A DNA stretch of 64,000 nucleotides from Anaeromyxobacter sp. (lineage in GTDB: Bacteria; Myxococcota; Myxococcia; Myxococcales; Anaeromyxobacteraceae): positions 352,001 to 416,000 of the forward strand of contig JASGJN010000022.1 in the NCBI GenBank assembly GCA_049840735.1, read 5' to 3'. Of the stretch, positions 47,853 through 59,500 are shown piece by piece. The notes under the pieces were generated by a model. It saw only the letters and a program-made list of their open reading frames with translations. It made no database searches and was not told the DNA's origin. How positions within the stretch are numbered: the first letter of the stretch is position 1; each line of letters starts with the position of its first letter. The translations under genes were made by a program, and so were the position numbers.

Positions 47853-50535
47853 TCAGGGCTGCCCGGCCCCCTCCGGCAGCAGCAGCCCGGCCGCCTCGAG
47901 CGCCGGCCGCAGCTGGCGGGCGTCGCCGACCACCACGATCTGCTCGCGCCCCACGCCCAGCCCCTGCGCCACGGCCTGCAGCCCGGCGGGCTGCACCGCG
48001 GCCAGCCGGGGCATGAACGTGTCCCACTCGTCGGTGGGGAGCCGGTACAGGAACAGCTCCTCGAGCCGGCGGCCGTTGCGCTGGGAGGTGCCGAACCGGA
48101 GCAGCTGCTCGCGCGCCACGCGCTGGCGCGCCCGCTCCAGCGCCGCCGCGTCCAGCGGGGCGCGGGTCGCCTCCAGGCCGGACAGGATGGCCTGGATCGC
48201 GCCGGCGGCGCCGGCGCTGGGCACGGTGGTCCGGACGACCAGCGCGCTGCCGCGCGAGAGGTCCGTGCTCGAGGCATGGACGCCGTAGGTGAGCCCCTGC
48301 TCCACCCGCAGCCGCTGCTCGAGCGCGGTGGTGAGGTGGTCGGACAGGACCAGCCAGGCCGGCTCGTCGCGCGCGGCGCGCGGCGTGACCCGGACGCCCA
48401 GGAACAGGCTCGCCTGGGTGGCGCCGGGCTGGTCGATGATCACCAGCCGGCGCTGCTCCGGCAGCGGCGCCGGGCCGGGCAGCGCCTTCGCCTCGGCGTC
48501 GGCCGGCTTCCAGCTCCCGAACAGCTTCTCGAGGCCCTTCCACAGCTCCGCGTCGGGCTTCACCGCACCGCTGATGATCAGCACGGCGCGGTCGGGCCGG
48601 AGCGTCTGGCGCAGGAAGGCCTTGGCCTCGCCGGTCCCGAAGTCGCGGATCACGTCCGGGTTGGACGGCTGCTCGTAGCCGGCGCCGGGGAAGAGGCTGG
48701 AGAGGAAGATCCGGGTGAGCCGGTCGTCCCCCTGCACCGGGCGGCGCTCCAGCTCGTCGGCGATGGCGCGGCGCAGGCGCTCGAAGGCGGGGGCGTTGAA
48801 CTCGGGCGCCCGCGCGCCGCAGGCCATGTGGCTGAGCGACGCCGGCAGCCAGGAGGCCGGACCGTGGGTGGTGGAGAGCAGGTGCCCGTCGGCCGGGCGG
48901 AAGCGCTGCCCGCTGCAGGCGGAGCTCCACAGGGCCACGGTCTCCAGGTCCAGGTCGCGGGCGCTGACGCCGGGCGCGCGGATCACCAGCCGGGCGCCGG
49001 CCACCGGGAAGCCGGGGCGCGGCGCCACCACCACCTCCAGCCCGTTGGAGAGCCGGCGCCGCTCGATGACCGGCACGGCCGGCCGGAGCCTGGAGAAGTC
49101 GAGCCGGGTGCCTGCGTCGGGCTCGCCGTCGAGGGTGTCCCCGCCGCGCTGCTCGCCGCGCCCCATGAGCGCGCCGGTCAGGCGCGGCGCGCCCCCGGGC
49201 ACCACCAGGAGCGCCACCAGCCGCTTGTCGTCCAGGTAGCGGGCCACGTAGTCGTGGGTATCGGCGGAGAGCTGCTGTTTGATGAGCCGCTCCAGGCCGG
49301 CCAGGGCGTCGGTCATGCCGGTGGTGCGCAGCGTGGCCGCCAGCCCGCCGGTGTCCAGCGACTCCATGGCCAGCTGGTGCTCGAGCACCAGCGCGTCGCG
49401 GACGGCCTCCTTGGCGATCAGGTCCTCCTTCTCGAGGAAGCTGGTCCCGTGCCGGAAGCGCTTCTCCGACCGGAACGCGTCCAGCGCGCGCTGCGCGTCG
49501 CCGGCGTCGCGCAGCGTGAGCTGGCCGACCACCAGCGAGACGCCCTGGTGGCGCAGCGTGGTCGCGTCGCCCGAGACCACCCGCTCCTGCAGCCGGGCCG
49601 CCACGGCGGACAGGCGGTACTCCAGGTACTGCGCGGCGGCGATGGCGCGCGGGCCGCCGCCCTGGAGCTCACCGGGCACGGCCCAGGCCACCCAGAGCGT
49701 GGGCCGCTCGACCGCCGCGCTCCGGGTCTCGATGCCCTGCGCCACGGGGCCGTCCAGCGCCGGGGTGGGGGCCTCGGCCGGCTCCGGCTCCACCCAGGTC
49801 GAGCGATCCGCCGGGTCGGGTCCCGCCACGATGGCGCCGCCCAGCTGGATGGCGGTGCGGCTGACCTGCTCGCCCGCGGTCGGGCCGGTCACCACCAGGA
49901 TCACGCGCTCCGGCACGTAGTACCGGGTCACGAACTGGCGCACGTCGGCGAGCGTGATGGCGGCGAGCGACTGGGGCGTGCCAACGGGCCGGGCGTACGG
50001 GGTTCCGGGCACGGCCCGGGCCAGCAGCCACTCGAGCTGCTCGGTCTCGCTGGTCTCGTCGGCCTGGGCCTCGGCCAGCTCGCGCCGGACCACCTCGCGC
50101 TCTCGCTCGAAGTCGGCCTGCGTGATCCCCCAGCAGCGGGCTGCGCAGCCGCTCCAGCTCGACCTGCAGCAGCAGCTCGAGCTGATCCGGGCTGCCGGTC
50201 GCGAGGTAGTCGGTGGCGTCCGCGCGCGTGAACGCGTTGAAGCGGACGCCGGCCCCGAGCAGCCGGTCCCAGGTCCGCGGCCCGCCGCCGGAGCGCGCGC
50301 GGAAGGTGAGGTGCTCGACCAGGTGCGCCATGCCCTCCTGGCCGGGCGGATCGTCCACGCGCCCCACGTCGTAGGAGGCCGAGACCGACAGCTCGGTCAT
50401 GTGCGGCAGCTGGTACGCGAGCAGCCGCAGGCCCGAGGGGTAGGTCGAGGCGAAGCCGGTGTACGGGACCGGGGAGGCGGCGCGGGCGGGCGCCGCAGCG
50501 AGCCCCAGCAGCAGCACGGCGGTGAGGAGGCGCAT
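47853..50535 (-). CDS. Secreted M16 (insulinase/pitrilysin-like) zinc peptidase (apparent frameshift near 50128)
   Basis: Signal peptide; GMAHLVEHLTF (HxxEH), FNAFT..D.T.Y; second frame EREREVVRREL...YYVPERVILVVTG...RLSNGLEV...GLTYGV. Confidence 0.85.
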
Positions 50536-50630
50536 CCCCGGACGCTAGCACGCCGGAGTGAAGGCCTGCGGCGGCCGACCTGCGGCCTCCCGCCGCCGGA
50601 GCCGTCCCTGGGTACCCCGCGGAGGCGCCC

Positions 50631-51677
50631 TCAGAACGCCCGCTCGGTCAGGTGCACCGCCGCCTCGTGCAGCGCGGCGCGGTGCGGGCCCTCGGGGACC
50701 AGCTCCAGCGCGGCCAGCGCGCGGTGCGTGTGCTCGCGGGCCATGGCGCGCGCCGCGTCGACGCCGCCGACGCGCTTCACGGCCTCGATCACCTCGACCG
50801 CCACGGCGTCGGCGGGGATGTTCCCCTCGACCACCGCGGCCAGCCGCTCGCGCAGCCGCCCATCGGCCTGGCAGGCGCGGATCAGCGGCAGCGTGGCCTT
50901 GCCCTCGATGAGGTCGGCGCCGAGCCGCTTGCCCAGCAGCGCCGGGTCGGCGGCGTAGTCCAGCGCGTCGTCCACCAGCTGGAAGGCGATGCCGATCCCC
51001 TCGCCGAACTGGATCAGCGCCTCCGGCACCTTGCCGGTGAGGCCGGCCGACCAGGCGCCGGCGGCGGCGGCCCAGCCGAAGAGCGAGGCGGTCTTGCCGA
51101 TGACGACGTCGAGGTAGTCCTTCTCCGTGGCCTGGAACCCGCCGCGCAGCGAGAGCTGCAGCACCTCGCCCTCCACCAGCCGGCGCATGGTGGCCAGCAG
51201 CGAGGGGAGCGCGGCCGAGCGGGCCGGCGCGGCGGAGACGATTTCCAGCGCGCGGGTCAGCAGCCAGTCGCCGGAGAGGACCGAGACGGCGTTGCCCCAG
51301 ATGACGCGCGAGGCCGGCTGGCCGCGCCGCAGCGGGCCGTCGTCGATCACGTCGTCGTGGAGCAGCGTGGCGGAGTGGGTCAGCTCGGCGGCCACCGCGT
51401 AGGGCACCGCCTCGCGCATCTCGCCGCCGCAGGCGCCGGCGGCCAGCAGCGTGACCATGGGCCGGATGCGCTTGCCGCCGGCCGAGACCAGGTGGCGCGC
51501 CGCGGCCCGGAGCTTCTCCTCGGCGTCCTCGGTGGCGCGGGTGAGCTGGACCTCCAGCTCGAGCAGGTTCTCCGGGAGGCTCGGGACGTCGGCCAGGGCG
51601 GCCTGGGCCCGCTCAGGGCGGACCCCGCGCTTCGCGCTCGCGTCGAGCTGCGAAAGGATGGCCTGCTCTCTCGCCAC
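50631..51677 (-). CDS. Polyprenyl diphosphate synthase (IspB/HepT-like)
   Basis: GGKRIRP, ELTHSATLLHDDVID...RRG, GKTASLF, FQLVDDALD, DLIEGKATLP; GGAGGT RBS before GTG 51677. Confidence 0.92.
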   Translation of the reverse strand: MAREQAILSQLDASAKRGVRPERAQAALADVPSLPENLLELEVQLTRATEDAEEKLRAAARHLVSAGGKRIRPMVTLLAAGACGGEMREAVPYAVAAELTHSATLLHDDVIDDGPLRRGQPASRVIWGNAVSVLSGDWLLTRALEIVSAAPARSAALPSLLATMRRLVEGEVLQLSLRGGFQATEKDYLDVVIGKTASLFGWAAAAGAWSAGLTGKVPEALIQFGEGIGIAFQLVDDALDYAADPALLGKRLGADLIEGKATLPLIRACQADGRLRERLAAVVEGNIPADAVAVEVIEAVKRVGGVDAARAMAREHTHRALAALELVPEGPHRAALHEAAVHLTERAF

Positions 51678-51700
51678 TGCGGACCTCCGGGGGACGCCGG

Positions 51701-51750
51701 CCTTCAACGAAAGTTGAAGGCATATAGCGCGGCGGGCGAGCCGGGGTCAA
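51701..51750 (-). promoter_or_regulatory. Sigma70-like promoter with downstream palindrome CCTTCAAC-GAAA-GTTGAAGG
   Basis: TTGACC (51750-51745), then TATATG (51726-51721), immediately followed by a perfect 8-4-8 inverted repeat. Confidence 0.65.
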
Positions 51751-52003
51751 CGAAAGCCGGCCCCGTCCGGCGCCACGGCGGGCGCCCGTCCGCTCTCCGG
51801 GCTGGAACGGCCGCGGCACCGGCTTTCTCCGGGTGTGAAGGCGCGTGCTCCGCGGGGCGGACCCACGGTCCGCGGCGGGCCTGGTTCGCCCGCTGGCCCA
51901 GCGGCTGCACGGGAGCCGCGCGATCCCCGGGCGCCCGGCGGTCCGGCCGCCCCGGCCCGGATGGCGGGCGGCCCGGCGCGGGGACGGGGCGAGGGGGGAG
52001 CGC

Positions 52004-54073
52004 ATGCGGGTGGCGATGGTGTGGGTCGCGCTGGCGGCCGGGCTGGTGGGCTGTCCGTCCTCGAAGGGCGGGAAGCCGCCGGACTGCCCGCCGGAGCAGC
52101 AGGGGCCCGACGGCCAGTGCCTGCCGCCGGTGTGCGAGGGCTCGGGCCCCGCCTGCGGCTCGGCCTGCTGCGCCGCCGATCAGACCTGCGGCGGCGACGG
52201 GCGCTGCCACGGGCGCGCCTGCAGCGACCTGGCTCCGTGCGACGCCGGCGAGACCTGCAAGGCGGGCTTCTGCCTGTCGGCGGATCCGACCTGCGCCTGG
52301 ACCGCCGCGCCGGGGCCCTTCGCGCCGCGCATCGCCTGGCAGTGGACCGGCTCCGCCACGCTGCCGCAGTACCAGGACGTGCTCATGACGCCGGTGGTGA
52401 TCCAGCTCTCCCCGCTCTCCGGCGACCTGTTCGCGGCCCCGGCGGTGGTCTTCAACGCCATCCGTGGCGACGTGGGCGCGGCCGAGGAGGTGGAAGGCGT
52501 CATGCGCGCCGTCCGCGGCGAGGACGGCTCGGACCTGTGGACCAGCGACCCCGCCCACCTGGTCAACGGCCTCACCGGCATCGCCGCCGGCGACCTGCGC
52601 GGCGACGGCCACGTGACGCTGGTGACCGGCCGCTTCTCGCACGGCGACCCGGCCCAGGACGGCGTGGTGGCCTTCGACGAGGAGGGGCGGTTCAGGTGGG
52701 AGGTGATCGGCCCGCGGGTCCGCTGGGGCGCGCCCACCATCGCCAACCTGGACGGCGGGCCCGGCGCGCAGGTGATCGTGGGCGCCACGGTGATCGACGC
52801 CGACGGCCACGTCCTCTGCCAGGGCGCCTTCGGGCAGGGCTCCAACTTCATGGGGCCGATCTCGGCGGTGGCCGACGTGGACCTGGACGGGCGGCCGGAG
52901 ATCGTGACCGGCAACACCGCCTACGACGCCAGCTGCCAGCCGAAGCCGGGCTGGCCGGCCACCTACCCGGACGGCGCCACGCCGCGCGAGGACGGCACGG
53001 TGGCGGTGGCCGACTTCACGGGCGACGCGCACCCCGAGATCGTGGTGGTGGGCGCCGGCCAGGTGCGCCTGCACGACTGGCAGGGGAGGCTGCTCTGGGG
53101 GCCGTTCCCGCTGCCCGGCGGCGGCGCCGGCGGGCCGCCCACGGTGGCCGACTTCGACGGCGACGGGCGGCTGGAGATCGGCGTGGCCTCGCGCTCCACC
53201 TACTCGGTGCTGAAGCCCTTCGCGGCCGACCCGGTGGTCTGGTCGCGGCCGACGCAGGACCACTCCGACGTGACCGGCAGCTCGGTCTTCGACTTCGAGG
53301 GGAACGGCAGCGCCGAGGTGGTCTACGGCGACGAGTGCTACACCCACGTCTACGCCGGGCGCGACGGGGCCACGCTCTTCGAGGCGGAGAACCCGAGCTG
53401 CACCACGCAGGAGAACCCGGTGGTGGCCGACGTGAACCGCGACGGCCGGGCGGAGATCGTGGTGCCCACCAACTCGGTCTGCAACTACGCCTGCCCGTGG
53501 GGCGACCAGTACGGCTCGGGCCACGGCGTCACGGTCTACAAGGACCTGAACGACCGCTGGGTGGGGACGCGCCCAGTCTGGAACCAGCACGCCTACGCGG
53601 TGACCAACGTGGGTGACGACGGCGTCATCCCGCAGTCGGCCGCCGACTTCTGGCGGCTCCCGGGGCTGAACGCCTTCCGCAAGAACACCGAGGGCAGCCT
53701 GAACTCGGCCGCGCCCGACCTGGCGGTGGACCACGTGGACGTGTCGGTGGACCCGGGCGCCTGCCCGGACCGGCTCACGGTCACGGTGCAGGTCTGGAAC
53801 CGCGGCGCGGTGCCGGTGGCGCCGGGCGTGCCGGTCGCGTTCCGCAGCGACCCTGCCGGCGACGTGCTGGGCGTGGTCCAGACCGCGACCCGGATCCTGC
53901 CCGGCCAGGCGGAGGCGGTGAAGCTGGTGCTCCAGCACCCGAGCCAGACGCCCGCCGGCCTCGCCGTGCAGGTGGACGACGACGGCACCGGGCACGGCGT
54001 GGTGGGCGAGTGCGACGAGTCGAACAACGGCGCGAAGACCGGCGACGCCTTCTGCACGGGCAACGGGCTCTGA
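52004..54073 (+). CDS. FG-GAP/VCBS-repeat lipoprotein with C-terminal CARDB domain
   Basis: Lipobox LVGC; Cys-rich N-terminus; repeated ADxDxDGxxEIV motifs; WNQHAYAVTNV; PDLAV...VGECDESNN. Confidence 0.85.
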   Translation: MRVAMVWVALAAGLVGCPSSKGGKPPDCPPEQQGPDGQCLPPVCEGSGPACGSACCAADQTCGGDGRCHGRACSDLAPCDAGETCKAGFCLSADPTCAWTAAPGPFAPRIAWQWTGSATLPQYQDVLMTPVVIQLSPLSGDLFAAPAVVFNAIRGDVGAAEEVEGVMRAVRGEDGSDLWTSDPAHLVNGLTGIAAGDLRGDGHVTLVTGRFSHGDPAQDGVVAFDEEGRFRWEVIGPRVRWGAPTIANLDGGPGAQVIVGATVIDADGHVLCQGAFGQGSNFMGPISAVADVDLDGRPEIVTGNTAYDASCQPKPGWPATYPDGATPREDGTVAVADFTGDAHPEIVVVGAGQVRLHDWQGRLLWGPFPLPGGGAGGPPTVADFDGDGRLEIGVASRSTYSVLKPFAADPVVWSRPTQDHSDVTGSSVFDFEGNGSAEVVYGDECYTHVYAGRDGATLFEAENPSCTTQENPVVADVNRDGRAEIVVPTNSVCNYACPWGDQYGSGHGVTVYKDLNDRWVGTRPVWNQHAYAVTNVGDDGVIPQSAADFWRLPGLNAFRKNTEGSLNSAAPDLAVDHVDVSVDPGACPDRLTVTVQVWNRGAVPVAPGVPVAFRSDPAGDVLGVVQTATRILPGQAEAVKLVLQHPSQTPAGLAVQVDDDGTGHGVVGECDESNNGAKTGDAFCTGNGL

Positions 54074-56530
54074 TCAGTCCTCCACCACCACCGTGACCGG
54101 CGCGCTCACCACCGCGCGCCCGGCCAGCGCGGCGGTGATCACGTGGCGCCCCGGCACCGGCCGCCAGCGCGCCTCGTGCGGATAGCCGACCGTGGCGATG
54201 GGCGTCCCGTCCACCAGCCAGACCACCGGCTCGCCGGCCGGCGTGGCCCGCGCCTGCAGCCGGATGGTGGCGGCCTCGGCAGGCGTGTCCGGATCCCACA
54301 GGTAGCGGGCGCGCGGCCGCGGCTCGAGGATGGTGACGCCGGGCGGCTGCTCCGGGCCAGGGCAGAGCGGGCTCTCTTGCAGCGGCGCCACCTCCAGCCG
54401 CTGCCCGGCGGCCCAGGAGGCGTAGCGCGCCGGGAGGTCGAGCAGCACCGGCCGGCGCACCCAGCGGGCCGGACAGCCGGCGCCGGCGCGCAGGCCGTTG
54501 CGCGCGTCGAGGGGGACCTGGCGGTGCCAGGGGCAGCGCTCCAGGGGCTCGGTGCCGGGGGCGAAGTGCTCGCTCCGCGCGTGCGGGCAGTGGGGCCCGG
54601 CCAGGCGCCCGGAGAGCGCACAGACCGTGCGCGCCACCCAGCCGGCCGGCATCGGGAAGGCCAGGAGCGGCGCGCGCTGCGGCGCCCGCAGCGGCGAGAC
54701 GGCGTCGAGGATGGCGTGGGCCGCGCCGGCGGCGCCGGTGAGCCCGGTGACGCGGTTCATGCGCCGCCAGTCGTGGTTCCCGACCCAGACCGCCACCACC
54801 AGCCGGTCGCTGTAGGCCACGGCCCAGGCGTCGCGGAAGCCCTGGCTGGTGCCGGTCTTGACCGCCACCGCCTGGTCGTAGTCGAGCGCGCTGCCGGGCG
54901 GGAAGCTGGGGCGCCGCGCCTCCGGGTCGGCGAGGAGCTGCGCCGTGAAGCCGGCCACGTCCTGGCGCAGCAGCCGGCGCCCGGCCGGCACCGGCACGTC
55001 GGCGAAGGTCCGCAGCGGGAGCCAGGTCCCGCCGCGCGCCAGCATGGCGTAGAGCCCGGCCACCTCCTCCAGCGTGACCGGCAGGTTGCCGATGGCCACG
55101 CCCAGCCCATAGCGCCCCGGCTCGCGCGAGATCCCGGCCACGCCGCCGGCCTCGAGCAGGTCCAGCACGCGCGGCACGCCCACCTCCGAGGTGACCCGCA
55201 GCGCCGGGATGTTGCGCGAGTTGGCCAGCGCCTCGCGCAGCAGCATGGGGCCGAAGAAGAGGTGGTTGGCGTTCTCCGGCAGGAAGGAGCGCCCGCTCTC
55301 CCACTGGAAGTCCATGGGCGTGTCCTCGAGCTCGCTGGCGGCGGTCAGCCGGCCGGACTCGAGCGCGAGGGCGTAGATGAAGGGCTTGAGCGCCGAGCCG
55401 GGCGAGCGGCGCACGCGGGCGTAGTCGATGCCGCCGCGGGCCTCCTCGGCGAAGTAGTCGGCCGAGCCGACGTGGGCCAGCACCGCGCCGTCCTCGGGAT
55501 CGAGCACCAGCGCGGCGGTGTTGCCCGCGCCGGCGGCCTGCAGGCCGGCCAGGTTGTCGGCCAGGACGCGCGCCACCTTCCCCTCGATCTCCAGGTCGAG
55601 CGTGGTGGTGCGGATGGGGCGCTCGGGCCGGCGGTCGCGCAGCGCCGCCTCCCCCAGCGCCAGCACCGCGTGCAGCGCGGCGGGATCCCGGCGCGGCCGC
55701 GGCGCCAGCCCCAGGTCGCCCTGGAGCGCCTGCGCCAGCTCGGCGTCGTCGAGGTAGCCGCGGGCGTGCAGCGCGCGCAGGATGCGGTGCGCCCGCCGGA
55801 TCCCCCGCGCCAGCCCGGCCGGCTCGCGCGGGTTCATGAGCCCGGGCGCCTGCGGGAGGCCGGCCAGGTAGGCGGCCTGCAGCCAGGAGAGGTCCTCCAC
55901 CGGCTTGTCGAAGTAGAGGCGCGCGGCCCGCGCCACGCCGCGCACGTTGTTGCCGTAGGGGGCCAGCGTCAGGTAATGCCGCAGCACCGCGTCGTGGCCG
56001 TGGTGGCGCACCAGCAGCACCGCCTCGACGGCCTCGCGCGCCTTGCGCAGCAGCGTGCGCCGCCCCGGCGACTGCAGCCGCGCCGTCTGCATGGCGATGG
56101 TCGAGCCCCCGGAGACGATCCGCAGCGCCCGCAGATCCTGCCAGGCGGCCCGGGCCAGCGCGCCGGGTCGGACGCCGGCGTGCTCGAAGAAGGTCCGGTC
56201 CTCCGTCTCCAGCGTGGCGGCCAGGATCCGCCGCGGGACCTCCGGCGGCAGCGGCCAGTACCCCAGCGCCTCGCCCTGGCCGGGCAGCTCGCCCAGGTAG
56301 GCGCCGCGGCGGTCGAGCAGCAGCGTGGAGGGGCGCGGCGCGGCCAGGTCGGTGCGGAGGTCCCGGCAGGTGGCGGCCACCAGGGCCGCGACCAGCAGCG
56401 CCGCCAGGCGGAGGCGGCGCCGCCAGGCCCAGGCGGCGAGCGGCGCCAGGCCGGCCGCGGCCCGGCGCACCGCCCGGACCGCCTGCCGGCCAGCCGCCGC
56501 CACCGCCGCGCGGGCCTGGCCGAGGTTCAC
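54074..56530 (-). CDS. pbpC: Penicillin-binding protein 1C
   Basis: TEDRTFFEH.GV, SGGSTIAMQTAR, APYGNNVRG, RSPGSALKPF (SxxK), LANSRNIP, KTGTSQGFRDAW; coupled to the alpha-2-macroglobulin gene. Confidence 0.9.
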   Translation of the reverse strand: MNLGQARAAVAAAGRQAVRAVRRAAAGLAPLAAWAWRRRLRLAALLVAALVAATCRDLRTDLAAPRPSTLLLDRRGAYLGELPGQGEALGYWPLPPEVPRRILAATLETEDRTFFEHAGVRPGALARAAWQDLRALRIVSGGSTIAMQTARLQSPGRRTLLRKAREAVEAVLLVRHHGHDAVLRHYLTLAPYGNNVRGVARAARLYFDKPVEDLSWLQAAYLAGLPQAPGLMNPREPAGLARGIRRAHRILRALHARGYLDDAELAQALQGDLGLAPRPRRDPAALHAVLALGEAALRDRRPERPIRTTTLDLEIEGKVARVLADNLAGLQAAGAGNTAALVLDPEDGAVLAHVGSADYFAEEARGGIDYARVRRSPGSALKPFIYALALESGRLTAASELEDTPMDFQWESGRSFLPENANHLFFGPMLLREALANSRNIPALRVTSEVGVPRVLDLLEAGGVAGISREPGRYGLGVAIGNLPVTLEEVAGLYAMLARGGTWLPLRTFADVPVPAGRRLLRQDVAGFTAQLLADPEARRPSFPPGSALDYDQAVAVKTGTSQGFRDAWAVAYSDRLVVAVWVGNHDWRRMNRVTGLTGAAGAAHAILDAVSPLRAPQRAPLLAFPMPAGWVARTVCALSGRLAGPHCPHARSEHFAPGTEPLERCPWHRQVPLDARNGLRAGAGCPARWVRRPVLLDLPARYASWAAGQRLEVAPLQESPLCPGPEQPPGVTILEPRPRARYLWDPDTPAEAATIRLQARATPAGEPVVWLVDGTPIATVGYPHEARWRPVPGRHVITAALAGRAVVSAPVTVVVED

Positions 56531-59500
56531 TTTTCGTGCTCCCCGGTGATGCGGACGCGCAGGCCGGCGCCGCGGCCGCGGACCTCCTGGCGGTACATCA
56601 GCTCGGCGAACGGCGCGGGCTGCACGAAGGAGCCCTCGCTGCTGGCGCGGACGCGGAAGTGGAAGGACTGCGTCCCGGCCGGCAGCCGGTCGAAGTAGTA
56701 GCGGAGCTCGCCGTCCAGCCGCTGCACCGCGGTGGGCGCCAGCGTGTCTGCCTGCGAGGGCGTGCCGATGGCGCCGGTGGTCTGCAGGGCCGGGTTGAGC
56801 AGCTCCAGGCCGCCGGCGAACGGGACCACCAGCGCCACGTGGAACCGCTCCTCGGCGCTGGTGACGCGGGTGTGCAGCTCGAGCACGTCGCCCACCGCCA
56901 GGGTGCGGACCTCGCCGGCCTGGTCCGGCCGCTCGGGCGCCAGGGTCCCGTCCTGCGCCACGGCCGAGCTGGAGCGCGCCACCGAGAGGCCCTGCGCGGT
57001 GGCGGCCACGCGGTCGCCGGGCGCGGCCGGCACGTAGGCGTAGGCCACCCGGACGCCGGCCGGCGCGCCCTCCAGCTTGCCGGAGAGCGGCGCCTCGCCC
57101 CTGGCGGTGAGCGCCCCCACCTTGCGCGTGCCGTCCACGTCGAGCGCCGCCTGGCCGGTCAGCTTCAGGCTGGACGCGGGCAGCTGCGGCTGCGGCAGAT
57201 CGAGGTAGGTGGCCAGCGCCTCCAGCCCGCGGCGGGTGGCATGGGCGTCGCCGAAGCCGCGGTCCGGGCGCGCGTAGGAGAGCAGGCCGTCGCGGAGCTG
57301 CGCCTGGCGCGGATCGGTGGGGTCGAGCAGGAGGAGGCTGCGCCAGACCGCGGCCACCGCCGAGGCGTCCGAGCCGAGGTAGCCGCCGCCCCAGCCGTTG
57401 CGCCCCCAGCGCAGCCCGTCGAAGACCGGCTTGCCGTCGCGCAGCTTGAACACGACCGTGCTCCAGAGCTGCTCCTTCAGCGCCGCCAGGTTGGTCCGGT
57501 AGAGGTCGGGGCGGCCGTTCATGGCCGCGGCCAGGTCGGCCACGCTGGTCGCGTCCATGCCGGCGCGGGCCTGGAAGAGGTCCACCGCGTAGTGCTCGTC
57601 GAGGTGGCCGGTGCGGGAGAGCGCCGCCAGCGCGGCGGTGCGCTGGTTGGGCTCGAAGCCGCGCCAGGCGCCGGGGTAGTCGCTGCGCAGCGCCTTCGCC
57701 AGCGCCTCGCCGGCGCGCTTCTCCACCTTCTCGTCCACCGGCAGCCCGGCGGCGCGCAGCGCGCGCAGCAGCTCCAGCACCTGCGCGGTCAGCGCCACGT
57801 CGCCCTTGTTGCCCGGCCAGTAGGCCAGGAGCCCGGCCTCGTCCTGGTGCAGCGGCAGGTCGGCCAGGAGGCGGCGCGCCGCGGCCTGCGCCTGCGCGTC
57901 GGGGCCGGGGAGCCCCAGCCGCGAGAGCACGCCGGCGAGCCCCACGCGCGCCCAGACGCGGGCGGCCCGCTGCTCCAGGCACTCGTGCGGATAGGCGTCC
58001 AGGTAGTCCACGCCGGAGATGAGCTCCAGCACGCCGGGGACCGAGGTCAGCGCCACGTCCTGGCGGACCGTGCCCGGGCGCGGGGCCTCGGGGAACGGGC
58101 GCAGCGTGACCGGGCCGGGCGCGAGCCGCTCGACGTAGGCGAACCGCTCCACGGTCCGGTCCGGCTGCACCGGGATCTTCACCTCGAAGGCGTCGCCCAC
58201 CCCGTCGGCGGCGCGGGTGACGCCCACCTGCACCGTCAGCTCGGAGCTGCCGGGCACGGCGGCCACGGTGACCGGGGTGAGGCCGCTCACCGGCTGCTCC
58301 GGCGAGAGCTGCACCGGCACCGACTGCTTGGCCTGCGCGGCCTGGCCGTTCACCTGGATGGAGACGGTGCCGGCGCCGCCGGCGCCCTCCAGCACGCGCG
58401 CCACGCCGCCCGGCCAGAACCGGTCGCCGCTGCGCACCAGCCGCGGCAGCTGCGGCTGGATCAGCACCGGCAGCCGGACCCGCAGCGTGCTCTGGTGCAG
58501 CCCGAAGCGGGCCGTGCCCGAGGCCGCCACCGCGCGGACGCGGAAGTCGGTCAGGTCGTCGGAGAGCGTGACCGGCACCACCAGCCTGCCGGAGGCCGGG
58601 ACCTGCAGCGTGGCCTGGTAGAACGGCACGGTCTTGAAGTTCTTGCGCACGACGGGGCGCTGGGCCACGCCGCCGACTCGGGCCTCGGCCGAGAGCTCCT
58701 CGCCGTCGCCGCCCGGCTCCTCCTCCAGCTCCAGCACCCGGCCCACCGCCAGGTTGCGGGTGTCGCGCACGGTGGTGGCGCGGCGGTTGGGCTCGATGAA
58801 GCGGGAGAGCGGATCGAGGGGCCCCTCCCTGGCCAGCGACAGCACCGCCGCGTCCACCAGCCAGAGCGTCACCTCGCCCGCGAGCGGCCGCTTCGCCTCG
58901 TCGGAGAGCGTGAGCTCCAGCTCCACCCTGGCGCCCGGCCGGACCGACTCGGGGTGCTTCACCACCACCCGCACCTGGTTCTGGACCGGCTCCACCTTCA
59001 GGTCGAGCGAGCCGGCCACGGTGAGCGGCCGGTAGCGGCCGTCGTCCTGGGTCCCCTCGCCCAGCCGGCCGCGCAGCACCACCGCGTGGACCGGGAGGTT
59101 GGGCACGTGGCGGGCCTCGACGGGCAGCTCGGCCACGGCCTTGCCGCCGCTGACGTCCAGCCAGCGGTAGACGTTGCCGACGGGCTCCTCGACGATCACC
59201 AGCGCGCGGCCGGTCTGGACCGGGCTCTCGATCACCACCCGCGCCGTCTGGCCGGGCGCATGGCTGGGCCTGTCCGGCGTGAGCTGGATGATCCCCTCGC
59301 GCGGCTTCTGCCAGGCCACCGGCCCGGGGCCGCCGGCGTAGAGGTCGGCGGAGAGCGTCTGCACGCGGCCGAGGCGATCGCGGCCGGTCAGCTCCACCAC
59401 GTAGACGCCGGCCTCGGAGATGGGGAAGGCGGCCGTCACCGGGCCGGCCTCGGTCTTGATCCGCTTCTCGGCGACCTTCACGTCCTCCTGCTCGGTCAGG

